From Patescibacteria group bacterium (GTDB taxonomy: Bacteria > Patescibacteriota > Patescibacteriia > 2-12-FULL-57-11), in assembly GCA_004297205.1 (NCBI GenBank), contig SCUL01000002.1:188594-252593 (forward strand): 64,000 bases of DNA. Reading direction: 5' to 3'. The notes under the pieces are model-generated. The model saw nothing but the letters and a program-made list of their open reading frames with translations. It did not search any database and was not told the origin of the DNA. The position numbers were made by a program, and so were the translations under genes. Shown here piece after piece: positions 22,476 to 34,081 of this stretch; position 1 is the first letter of the stretch; each line of letters starts with the position of its first letter.

Positions 22476-22806
22476 GGCTTTCCCGCCAATTGCTGCTTCC
22501 GCGCCAGAAGCTGCTCGCGACGAAGAAGAACGTACTCCTGCAATTTTTTTATTTTTTTGAGTGTATCTTTTTTCTGTGGTTTCGCCATAATGCCGTATAC
22601 GAGATAGCGCTTTCAACAAAAAACATCTTACATTGAGAGTGCTTCGCGTTCAAGACAGAGAAATCACCCGAACCCGCCGTACGGCGGGCTTTGTGTTATG
22701 ATCGCGAGGTTCGACCCCAAGCTCCTGGTCTGCGCCTGCCGAGCATTGACGATTGCAAAAACCCTTACTACAGCGTATAGTACCGACGTCATTTTTCTTC
22801 ACCCGC

Positions 22807-23184
22807 ATGAAATTCCCCGTTCTCATCGCCCTGCTCGTGGTCCTCGCCGCCGGCGGTATCGGTGGCGGCATCTGGTACACCAACACCCAGCCCGGCGCGC
22901 TGGACGGTTTTGCGTCCTGCTTGGGCGAGAAGGGCGCCAAGTTTTACGGCGCCTTCTGGTGCCCGCATTGCGCCAACCAGAAGAAGCTGTTCGGCAAATC
23001 CGCCAAAAAGCTCCCTTACATCGAGTGCGGCGTCGCCGGCAACACCAGCGCCCAGACGCAGGTCTGCACCGATGCCGAGGTCAAAGGCTACCCGACCTGG
23101 GTCTTCGCCGACGCTTCCCGGCTGAGCGGGGAAATTCCCCTCCAGACGCTCGCCGAAAAGACGGGCTGCGCGCTCCCTTCCTGA
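22807..23184 (+). CDS. Membrane-anchored thioredoxin-fold protein (VKOR partner)
   Basis: FYGAFWCPHC..QK, YIEC, GYPTW. Confidence 0.88.
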   Translation: MKFPVLIALLVVLAAGGIGGGIWYTNTQPGALDGFASCLGEKGAKFYGAFWCPHCANQKKLFGKSAKKLPYIECGVAGNTSAQTQVCTDAEVKGYPTWVFADASRLSGEIPLQTLAEKTGCALPS

Positions 23185-23185
23185 C

Positions 23186-23626
23186 ATGAAAAAGATCGCC
23201 GCCGCAAATACCGCCATCACCGGCATCGGCACCGCCAACGCCGGCTACGCCCTCTGGCAGCACTACGCGCCGGCGGGTTCGGCGTTCTGCAACCTCTCCG
23301 CCACGTTTTCCTGCGACATTGTCAATAAAAGCCCGTTTTCTGAATTCATGGGCGTTCCAGTGGCCCTCATCGGCATCGTTGGCAACATCGCTTTGCTGGC
23401 AGCGGGCTTGTGGCTGTTGCGCCATCCGCGCAACGCCGCCGTGCTCTACCTGGCGCTGGCGCTCGGCGCGCTGGGATTCTCGCTGTACCTCACGGGCATC
23501 GAATTCTTCCTGCTCGGGGCCTTCTGCATCGTCTGCCTGTTCTCCCAGGGCATGACGCTCACCATCGCCGCGCTGGCCGTCCTTGCCTGGCGCAAGAGCC
23601 GCACGCCTGCTCCCGTCGCCGCCTGA
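23186..23626 (+). CDS. Vitamin K epoxide reductase (VKOR) family protein
   Basis: C..SATFSC..V..S, GVPVA, FCIVC CxxC, several TMs. Confidence 0.9.
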   Translation: MKKIAAANTAITGIGTANAGYALWQHYAPAGSAFCNLSATFSCDIVNKSPFSEFMGVPVALIGIVGNIALLAAGLWLLRHPRNAAVLYLALALGALGFSLYLTGIEFFLLGAFCIVCLFSQGMTLTIAALAVLAWRKSRTPAPVAA

Positions 23627-23627
23627 C

Positions 23628-24029
23628 ATGGAACACGGTCCCATCCCCGCCGCGCGCATCGCGGAAACAGCCGCCGTGCTGACGGAACCCGGCAAGCACG
23701 TGAAGCTTCTGGCAGGTGATTTTTCCGAACGCTACGCCGTGGCCGTGATCGTCTTGAACGACGTGATGCCCGAAGCAGAAATCCATGAAGCCGCGGCGGA
23801 CGTCTTCACGGTCGTCGAGGGCGGCGTCACCTTCACCCTCGGCGGCGCCCCGATCAACGACCGCATCGCCAAGCCGGGTGAACACAAGGCCGAACGGATC
23901 GAGGGCGGCAAAACGATCCGCGCCAATGTCGGCGACACCGTTTCCATCCCCCGCGGCGTCCCCCACCAGATGGACGCCCGCGGCGGCCGCGTCGTCATGC
24001 TGATCACCAAAGTGAACGACCTTTCCTGA
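23628..24029 (+). CDS. Cupin-fold protein
   Basis: EIHE..ADVF.V.EG, GDTVSIPRGVPHQ. Confidence 0.75.
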   Translation: MEHGPIPAARIAETAAVLTEPGKHVKLLAGDFSERYAVAVIVLNDVMPEAEIHEAAADVFTVVEGGVTFTLGGAPINDRIAKPGEHKAERIEGGKTIRANVGDTVSIPRGVPHQMDARGGRVVMLITKVNDLS

Positions 24030-24074
24030 ATCCGGGCGGTCCGCTATACTGTCCGCAGCTCTCTCGACAACCGA

Positions 24075-24188
24075 ATCCATCCAGAGCGACTGGGATCCGC
24101 AAGGAACGGGAACCGACCCGTCAGACCAGTCCGGCAACCTGTTTCGACAAGGTGCTCCGTTCGGCCTCGTTCCGAGGAAAGATGGGAT
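24075..24188 (+). ncRNA. SAM-I (S-box) riboswitch aptamer with atypical P2
   Basis: CCATCCAGAG...GGCAACC-TGTTTCGACAA-GGTGC...AAAGATGG; P2 GACTGG/CCAGTC; P4 CCTCG/CGAGG; upstream of metF. Confidence 0.85.
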
Positions 24189-24198
24189 ATCGGCGCTC

Positions 24199-24224
24199 CG
24201 CCCATCCTTTCCGGATGGGCGTTT
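24199..24224 (+). terminator. Riboswitch expression-platform hairpin
   Basis: CGCCCATCC-TTTCC-GGATGGGCG-TTT; CCCATC complements the P1 3' strand GATGGG. Confidence 0.7.
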
Positions 24225-24245
24225 GCGTTCACATCAGGAGGAAAG

Positions 24246-25124
24246 ATGTTCGCAACTCGCTTGTGGTCCTCGGCGGACGCGCCGCCGACGTTCTCCATGG
24301 AGGTCTTCCCGCCGCGGCCGGAACACGCCGCCGCGTTCCGCCAGACCATCACGGCGCTCGCCTCCTGCCGACCGGCGTTCTTCTCGCTCACCTGCGGGAA
24401 CGAAGCCGACCGGCGGCCCGCGACGCTGGATTGGGCGGCGCGCATCCAGAGGGAGACCGACACGCCGGTCATCGCGCACCTGACCTGCCTCGGGCAGTCC
24501 CGGGACGCGCTTCGGCGCGAAGTCGAGACATTGCTGGACGCCGGCGTCGCCAATATCCTGGCGCTGCGCGGCGACATGCCCCGCACGGGCGCGCCGAGCG
24601 TCGGCTTCCGGCACGCCGCCGAGCTCATCGCGGAGCTGCGCACGCTGCGCCTGCCGTTGTGCATCGGCGCGGCCTGCCACCCGCAGGGCCATCCCGAGGC
24701 GGCAAATGCGGATGCCGATCTGCGGCACCTGCGCGAGAAGGTCGATGCCGGCGCGGACTTCCTGGTGACGCAGGCCATCTTCGACGTCGCGACCTTCACG
24801 GCATTCCTGCGGCGGGCGCGGACGGCCGGTGTCGGCGTCCCCGTCCTACCCGGCATCCTCGTCCCGGCAGGCGCGGCCCAGATCCAGCGTTTCGCGCAGC
24901 GCTGCGGCGTCCGTCTGCCGCGGGGGCTGCCGAGCTGGTTCCGGATTGAAGAAGCGCAAGGAGGTGAGCTGGCGGGGCTCACGCACGCCGCGGAACTCGC
25001 CGTCGCGCTGCCGCGGTGCGGCGCACCGGGGGTCCACCTGTTCACCATGAACCGGGAGGAACCGGCGCAGCGGCTCCACGCCCGCCTCCGCCGCATGACG
25101 GCAGGAACGCGAACGCCCTCCTAG
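24246..25124 (+). CDS. metF: 5,10-methylenetetrahydrofolate reductase
   Basis: SMEVFPP, AHLTC, LALRGD, HPQGHPE, KVDAGADFLVTQ, HLFTMN; AGGAGG SD. Confidence 0.92.
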   Translation: MFATRLWSSADAPPTFSMEVFPPRPEHAAAFRQTITALASCRPAFFSLTCGNEADRRPATLDWAARIQRETDTPVIAHLTCLGQSRDALRREVETLLDAGVANILALRGDMPRTGAPSVGFRHAAELIAELRTLRLPLCIGAACHPQGHPEAANADADLRHLREKVDAGADFLVTQAIFDVATFTAFLRRARTAGVGVPVLPGILVPAGAAQIQRFAQRCGVRLPRGLPSWFRIEEAQGGELAGLTHAAELAVALPRCGAPGVHLFTMNREEPAQRLHARLRRMTAGTRTPS

Positions 25125-25144
25125 GCAGGAGGGCGTCTTTTTTT
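25113..25144 (+). terminator. Terminator after metF
   Basis: ACGCCCTCCT-AGGC-AGGAGGGCGT-C-T7. Confidence 0.8.
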
Positions 25145-25156
25145 GGATTCCCGCGA

Positions 25157-25717
25157 TTAAGCGTCGTCGTGGCGCACCAAGACGCGGCGATCGAGCAACC
25201 CTTCACGATGCTGCACGGCCCAGGAGGCCGCCGCGTAGCAACCAAAGAACACGCCGGTGAACAGCAGGTCGCCCAGGAGCGTATTGCGGAAAAACGGAAT
25301 GGCCATGGCGTAGGACTCGGCCAGCCCGGCCCAGGTCGGGGCGTACAACGGCGACCACATCCAGACCGCCCAGTTGGTGACCAGGTAGAACAGGACCGAA
25401 CCGGCCAGCGCGATGACGCCGTTGCGACGAGCCAAGGAGCCCAGAGAGCGTCCCTCGAACCGTGCCAGGAGCGCGCCTGCGCCCCACACTGCGGCGTAGA
25501 CCAGCGCGATGCTCGTCGTCATTTGCCACCGGTCGAAGCCGATCACCGCGTCGGCGGCAAAGGAACCGGCCAAGGGCGCGATCCAGCCCCAGCGGCGCGG
25601 CAAGACGGCACCCGCGAACAACATGGCCGCGGCGGTCGGCGCGACGTTCCAGGGGTGGTCGGCGACACGCAGGATGTAGGTGGCGAGCGCCAGGATGACG
25701 GCGACGAGGATGTTCAT
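25157..25717 (-). CDS. DUF6580-type putative membrane transporter (ECF S-component-like)
   Basis: R..HPWNVAP..A..LF, SVLFYLVTNWAVW, Y....AGL..SY.MAIPFFRNTLLGDL. Confidence 0.8.
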   Translation of the reverse strand: MNILVAVILALATYILRVADHPWNVAPTAAAMLFAGAVLPRRWGWIAPLAGSFAADAVIGFDRWQMTTSIALVYAAVWGAGALLARFEGRSLGSLARRNGVIALAGSVLFYLVTNWAVWMWSPLYAPTWAGLAESYAMAIPFFRNTLLGDLLFTGVFFGCYAAASWAVQHREGLLDRRVLVRHDDA

Positions 25718-25722
25718 GGCGA

Positions 25723-26166
25723 TCACATCTTCAGGTTGATGAACTTCCACTCGATGACGTCCCCATTTTGAAGCTTGTAGGCGTCCGAGGCGACCTGGCC
25801 CATGCGGTTGTTCTCGTACCACAGCCAGTATTTGCCGTCGGTGCCGCCGGCCATGGAGCCGATCTGGTCGATCAGAATGCCGTACGGGCCGGGCGGCTGG
25901 AATTTGAACGTCAGCCCATCTCCTTCGATGGCCGTCTTGGTGGCGTCAAACAGGGTTTGCCCCTCGGTAAAAGCAACGTTCTCGTACGTTTTGACCGTCC
26001 CATCGCCGTAATCGAACATCAGGGAGACGGACTGCGCAGCCGTCTCGGATGCCGGGGCATTCACAACGGGCCCTTCGACGCGGCTCAGGGCAGGCCCAAA
26101 GCTCCAGCCGAGCAGGAACGACGCGGCGGCAACGACGATGAAGGCGGCGGCAAGTTTGGCTTTCAT
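25723..26166 (-). CDS. DUF4430 (transcobalamin beta-domain-like) membrane-anchored protein
   Basis: N-terminal TM; YGILIDQIG, YWLWYENN, VASDAYKLQNGDVIEW. Confidence 0.85.
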   Translation of the reverse strand: MKAKLAAAFIVVAAASFLLGWSFGPALSRVEGPVVNAPASETAAQSVSLMFDYGDGTVKTYENVAFTEGQTLFDATKTAIEGDGLTFKFQPPGPYGILIDQIGSMAGGTDGKYWLWYENNRMGQVASDAYKLQNGDVIEWKFINLKM

Positions 26167-26167
26167 A

Positions 26168-26746
26168 TCAATAATCCAGTCCTTCACGGGCCGAGGCGCC
26201 CTTGTAGAAATAGTGCTTGACGAGCCTCATCTCGGTCACCAGGTCAGCGCGCTCGCGCAGCGCTTCCGAGGCGTCGCGGCCGGTGCAGATTATCTCCACG
26301 TTTGCAGGCCGCGCGTCAAGGGCCGCTAGCACGGGCGCCTCAGGCAGCATGCCCAGCGCCATGGTGCAGTTGATCTCGTCCAAAACGATCAGATCATGCT
26401 CCCCGCTCCGGATGAAGCGCTCCGCTTCGGCCCAGCCGCGGGCCGCTTCGGCCTTGTCCTCGTCGGTCACGCCGAACCGGAAACGACCGGTCACCGGATC
26501 GATCCGGTCGAGCCCGCAGGCCACCAAGGTCAGCGCGCCGTGCATGGGCGTTTGCTGTTCGGCCAACCAGCGCAACAGCGTCCGCTCGCTGTAGTGGGTG
26601 CCGCCCTTGTCGAACCAGACGATGGCCACGCGTTTACCGACGGCGAAGGCGCGGAGTGCCGTGCCCAGCGCAGCCGTGGTCTTGCCTTTGCCGTTGCCGG
26701 TAAAGACCTGAAGTCTCCCCCACTCCTCGGGGGCGCGATTGTTCAT
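26168..26746 (-). CDS. cobO: Cob(I)alamin adenosyltransferase (CobA/CobO/BtuR)
   Basis: VFTGNGKGKTTAALG, LIVLDE, ICTGR, ADLVTEM..KHYF.KG..AREGLDY. Confidence 0.93.
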   Translation of the reverse strand: MNNRAPEEWGRLQVFTGNGKGKTTAALGTALRAFAVGKRVAIVWFDKGGTHYSERTLLRWLAEQQTPMHGALTLVACGLDRIDPVTGRFRFGVTDEDKAEAARGWAEAERFIRSGEHDLIVLDEINCTMALGMLPEAPVLAALDARPANVEIICTGRDASEALRERADLVTEMRLVKHYFYKGASAREGLDY

Positions 26747-26779
26747 ATTGCTTGTCTGGGCGGACACATTGGTCCGCCC

Positions 26780-27040
26780 CTACACCTGGGTTTCCTCGTC
26801 GCTCACGGCGTGACCGATCAAATCAGGCGCGCCCTCGAAGATGTCCTCTTCCTTCTCTCCCACCGCTTCCTCGCGGTAGTTGCGGATGAGCGTGCGCAAC
26901 GACTCGCGGTCGGCGACGACCGCGGCCAGGGTGTCGAGTTCCTCGTCCGGCGTCTCCGCCAGGATTTCTCCGGCCAGTTCTTCGTCTGCCTTGCCCAAAT
27001 CCAGTTTCTGGATCTGGGCGCGGAGGGTGTCGCGCGTCAT
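26780..27040 (-). CDS. Small acidic hypothetical protein
   Basis: Starts 1 nt after the nrdJ stop; 86 aa, Glu/Asp-rich. Confidence 0.6.
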   Translation of the reverse strand: MTRDTLRAQIQKLDLGKADEELAGEILAETPDEELDTLAAVVADRESLRTLIRNYREEAVGEKEEDIFEGAPDLIGHAVSDEETQV

Positions 27041-27041
27041 A

Positions 27042-30215
<3,174 letters not shown>

Positions 30216-30280
30216 ACCCCCCTGCTTGAAGATGGATAAAGCGTAACGCCCTGACTATAACACACTCTGGCTCCTCCGTA

Positions 30281-30329
30281 ACACAAGATATTGTGTGTGG
30301 ATAACCACGTGGACCACAATATGTTGTGT
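30281..30329. promoter_or_regulatory. Tandem NrdR boxes with an intervening DnaA box
   Basis: ACACAAGATATTGTGT (30281-30296), CCACAATATGTTGTGT (30314-30329), TGTGGATAA (30296-30304); extended -10 TGTTATAGT on minus strand near 30254-30262. Confidence 0.82.
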
Positions 30330-30358
30330 TGTACGACCCTTCCCGCGCGAAAATCCCC

Positions 30359-30934
30359 CTAAAACGGCATGGTCAGGTTCACGGGCGGGCGGCTTTGGGG
30401 AATCTCGATCGTGACCGGCACCACGACCTCCGTCCCCTGCCGGTCCTTGTACTTGAGATGCCGGTACTCCCGCGCGTAGTCGAACAGGTCCTTGGTCACC
30501 TTCACGTCCTGCAGGCAGTACTCGCGCAGCTTGTCGATCTCGCCCTTCTTCCAGTACTCCACGGCCATGAGTCCGGTGCCGCTCTTGCCGATGCCGAGCG
30601 TCCCCTGAGCCACGTCGTCGAGCTTCAGCCGGAAACCGATCTGCTTCTCCAGGATGTACATCAGGTCGATCGCCGGCAGCTTGGTGAGGTCGCCGGGGTA
30701 GTAGCCGTTCAAGACCGGCAGGTCGAAGCCGACGATGTTGTAGCCGATGACGACGCTGGCCTGTTCCATCTTCTTCCAGAGAGCCGGCAAGTCGGCCTCC
30801 AGATACGTCGTATACTGCCCGTCGGCGTAATCGTACGCCCCGACCAGGGATACCTTGAGCAATGACGGGTCGTATTTGCCGACCTCCTGGAAGGTGTTCT
30901 GGGTTTCGATGTCGAAGACGAGCGGGAAGCTCAT
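30359..30934 (-). CDS. RNase H-like / DEDD 3'-5' exonuclease domain protein
   Basis: VFDIET, GYNIVGFD, KLDDVA, YCLQDV. Confidence 0.85.
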   Translation of the reverse strand: MSFPLVFDIETQNTFQEVGKYDPSLLKVSLVGAYDYADGQYTTYLEADLPALWKKMEQASVVIGYNIVGFDLPVLNGYYPGDLTKLPAIDLMYILEKQIGFRLKLDDVAQGTLGIGKSGTGLMAVEYWKKGEIDKLREYCLQDVKVTKDLFDYAREYRHLKYKDRQGTEVVVPVTIEIPQSRPPVNLTMPF

Positions 30935-31030
30935 GGGAGTCGGGAAAACCACGGCTATGATACGGCCGACCGCGCGGTCGGGCAACGCTCCATGCTATAC
31001 TTGGAAACGTTCGCTTTTTCACCATTCCCT

Positions 31031-31426
31031 ATGCGCCGTCTCGCCGTTATCCCCACGTTCGCCGCCTTGCTCCTGCTCGGTGCCGGCTGCGCCGCCGCGC
31101 CGTCAAGTGCGCCGGAGTCCGCACCGGCCGCCGTGACGCCGTCGTCCAACCAAGGCATCGTCATCATGGTCGACGAAAACGGCTTTTCCCCGGCGACCAT
31201 CACCGTCCCGGCAGGAACGGAAGTCACCTTCAACAACACCGGGAGCAGTCCGCACCAGCCCGCCTCGGCCGTCCACCCCACGCACCAGCAGCTTCCGGGA
31301 TTCGATGCCCTGCGCGGCCTGCGGCCGGGCGAAAGCTACTCCTACACCTTCACGAAGGTCGGCACCTGGAAATACCACGACCACCTGAACCCGTCGCGGA
31401 CCGGCTCGATCACGGTCACGGAATAA
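31031..31426 (+). CDS. Cupredoxin-fold lipoprotein
   Basis: Lipobox LGAGC, FSPATITV..GT.VTF.N, GTWKYHDHLNP. Confidence 0.85.
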   Translation: MRRLAVIPTFAALLLLGAGCAAAPSSAPESAPAAVTPSSNQGIVIMVDENGFSPATITVPAGTEVTFNNTGSSPHQPASAVHPTHQQLPGFDALRGLRPGESYSYTFTKVGTWKYHDHLNPSRTGSITVTE

Positions 31427-31430
31427 CAAC

Positions 31431-31459
31431 AAAAAACCGGCCTGCGAAGGCCGGTTTTC
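31431..31459. terminator. Bidirectional terminator
   Basis: AAAACCGGCCT-GCGA-AGGCCGGTTTT between convergent genes. Confidence 0.85.
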
Positions 31460-32716
31460 TTATGCCACGCGCGTGATGTCGGCGCCCAGCGCCCGGAGGC
31501 GCTCCTCAATGGCTTCGTAGCCGCGGTCGATTTGGTAGATGTTCTCGATTTTGCTCGTCCCAGTGGCGGCCAAAGCGGCCACGACGAGAGCGAGCCCCGC
31601 CCGGATGTCGGGCGATTCGAGCGTCGTCCCGCGCAGCGGCGTCGGTCCCTGAACGAGGGCCCGGTGCGGATCGCAGAGAATGATCTCGGCGCCCATCTTG
31701 TTGAGTTTCTCCGTGAAGTACAGGCGACCCTCGAAAATCGTCTCGTGGACCATGGAGCTGCCGGTGGCCTGGGTCAGCAGGACCGTGAACGGCGGCTGGA
31801 TGTCCGTCGGGAAACCCGGATACTCGTGGGTCATGAGCGGCTGCGCCTGGAGCTTCTGCCAGGGTTTGACCGCGATGTCGCCGCCGTTGACCGTAAATGG
31901 CACGCCGAGCCGCTGCAAATACTCGAGGGGCACGGAAAGGTGCTCCGGTTTGGTTCCGGTAATCGTCATCTGGCTCTTGGTGGCCGCGGCCAGCGCCAGG
32001 AAACTTCCGGCTTCGATGCGGTCCGGCATGATCTCGGCCGAGCCGCCGGACAGGCGCTCCACGCCCCGGATGCGGATGGTCGGCGTGCCGGCGCCGGAAA
32101 TCTTGGCGCCGCAGGAGTTCAGGAAATCGGCCAGAGCCACCACCTCCGGCTCCATGGCACAGTTTTCCAGGACCGTTTCGCCCGGCACGCGGCTGCCCAA
32201 AATCACCAGCGCTTCAGTCACGGTGTGGCTGACGAAGGGAAAGACGAAGTGGATCGGCGTCAATTTCTTGGAGGAAAAACGAATTTCCTTCTCCCCCTCC
32301 TCGACCGCAGCGCCAAACGCCTTGTAGCCGGCCAAAAACAGGTCGATCGGCCGACGGCCGATGGCGCAGCCGCCCGGGAACGGCAGCGTGGCGGCGCCGC
32401 GGGTCACGAGCAAAGAGGCCACGAGCAGCGTGGAAACCCGGATTTTGGGGGCCAGCACCTCGTCGAGCACGTCAGTCGAGACGGAGCGCGGGTCAATGAT
32501 ATACTGGTGCGGATCCGGTTCCGTGACCGTGGCACCCAACCCCTTGAGGATTTCCACCATGCGCCGGACATCCTCGATCCGGGGCACGTTGGTCAGCGTC
32601 ACCGGCCCGTCCATCAGCAAGGACGCCGCCAGAAATTTGAGGGCGGCGTTCTTGGCTCCGGAAACGGCGATCGTGCCCGACAGCGGACGGCCGCCGGTGA
32701 TCTCGAAATGCGCCAT
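31460..32716 (-). CDS. murA: UDP-N-acetylglucosamine 1-carboxyvinyltransferase
   Basis: SGAKNA, PGGCAIGRRP, PDRIEAG, PGFPTD, DIRAG, IDRGY. Confidence 0.96.
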   Translation of the reverse strand: MAHFEITGGRPLSGTIAVSGAKNAALKFLAASLLMDGPVTLTNVPRIEDVRRMVEILKGLGATVTEPDPHQYIIDPRSVSTDVLDEVLAPKIRVSTLLVASLLVTRGAATLPFPGGCAIGRRPIDLFLAGYKAFGAAVEEGEKEIRFSSKKLTPIHFVFPFVSHTVTEALVILGSRVPGETVLENCAMEPEVVALADFLNSCGAKISGAGTPTIRIRGVERLSGGSAEIMPDRIEAGSFLALAAATKSQMTITGTKPEHLSVPLEYLQRLGVPFTVNGGDIAVKPWQKLQAQPLMTHEYPGFPTDIQPPFTVLLTQATGSSMVHETIFEGRLYFTEKLNKMGAEIILCDPHRALVQGPTPLRGTTLESPDIRAGLALVVAALAATGTSKIENIYQIDRGYEAIEERLRALGADITRVA

Positions 32717-32760
32717 AATGGACGGGAATATAGCAGATTCGGACGAGGATTTCAAGTCCC

Positions 32761-34080
32761 ATGAAAAACCGCACCCAAACCCTGATTACCGTGATCCTGA
32801 TGCTGCTCTTCCTGACCAGCGTTCCTTTGGTGCTCCTGAACACCGCCGGCTACCGCATCAATATCCGGACTCGGCAGTTGGAACGCACTGGCATCCTAAT
32901 CCTCCGTTCAGCGCCTCCGGACGCCCATATCCTGCTGGACGGCGTGCTTCAGGACGAGCGGACGCCGGCCCGCCTCTCCCAGCTCCTGCCCCGCGAATAC
33001 CGCGTCACCGCGGAACGCGAGGGCTACCGCCCCTGGAGCAAGCTGCTGACCGTGGAAAGCCAGCGCTCGACCTTTGCCGAAGACATCATCCTGTTCCCGG
33101 ACCAGCTGCCGGTGCGCGTCGCGGACGCCGCGGCGCGCAGCCTGGCCGTGGCCGTTGACGGCACCCTGGTCTACGACGATACGACGGGATCAACCACGGA
33201 AATCCACTTCCTCCGGCCGAACGGCGAGGAAACCACGGTCACGCGCGTCAGCCACCGCAGCGGCGGCGATCAATGGTTGCGACTGCGATGGAGCCCGGAC
33301 GGACGAACGGTACTTGCGTTCGGCGACATCGCGCCGACCCTGGTCAGTCTCGACGGCGCGCAGCGCGTCCTGACAGTGCCCGGACCGCTCTCCGAGGCCG
33401 TCTGGAGCGGCCAGGACCTCTATCTGCTGGCCGACGGGCGGGCGCTCGTCCAATCCGAAGACGGCGCCACCCGGCCTGTCACCACGTCAACGGCCGCCCT
33501 GTTGTGGCGTCAGGAAGGGCTGACGTACGTCGGCCGCGCCGCCACCGGCACAATCAGCGTGGACGTGCTCGCGGCCAACGGCAGCATCCTGCGCTCCGCG
33601 CTGCTGCGGCTGCCGGGAAACGTCGGGTGGTACCGCTTCCTCCCCTCCCCGAACGGCCTGCTCACGCTGCTAGGTGACGGGCGGGTGCGGGTCTTTGACG
33701 CAGAAAGCGGTGCGACGCGCATCGACCGGCCGGCCTACGACGCCGTGTGGCGCCTGGACGGCACGCCGGAACTGCTGCTGTCGACCAATTTCGAAATCTG
33801 GACGGTCAACCCGGATGACCAGGCGCAGCTGCTGACCCGGCTCGGCGCGCCGATCCGGGGTGCCGCCTGGTATCCCGGCGGCACCCACGTCCTGTACGCC
33901 TCCGGAGACGCGGTCGCGGCCATTGAGCGCGACGACCGCGGCGGCCGCATCATCACTCCGCTCTTCACGCTGCCCGATCTGGGCGCCTTCATCGTGGACG
34001 AAAAAGGAGCCGCGGTCTTTGCGGCCGCCGCTCCTGCCGGCAAACCGGGCATCTTCCGCTATCCGATTGTGATCCCTTAA
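32761..34080 (+). CDS. PEGA-domain membrane-anchored protein with beta-propeller-like C-terminus
   Basis: TM then TGILILRSAP.DA.I.LDG..TP, GYRPWSK; WSPDG, WYPGG. Confidence 0.78.
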   Translation: MKNRTQTLITVILMLLFLTSVPLVLLNTAGYRINIRTRQLERTGILILRSAPPDAHILLDGVLQDERTPARLSQLLPREYRVTAEREGYRPWSKLLTVESQRSTFAEDIILFPDQLPVRVADAAARSLAVAVDGTLVYDDTTGSTTEIHFLRPNGEETTVTRVSHRSGGDQWLRLRWSPDGRTVLAFGDIAPTLVSLDGAQRVLTVPGPLSEAVWSGQDLYLLADGRALVQSEDGATRPVTTSTAALLWRQEGLTYVGRAATGTISVDVLAANGSILRSALLRLPGNVGWYRFLPSPNGLLTLLGDGRVRVFDAESGATRIDRPAYDAVWRLDGTPELLLSTNFEIWTVNPDDQAQLLTRLGAPIRGAAWYPGGTHVLYASGDAVAAIERDDRGGRIITPLFTLPDLGAFIVDEKGAAVFAAAAPAGKPGIFRYPIVIP

Positions 34081-34081
34081 T

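Noticed and set aside
30216..30358. Cobalamin riboswitch upstream of nrdJ
   Set aside because: Leader is too short and lacks recognisable B12-box motifs; explained by NrdR and DnaA boxes
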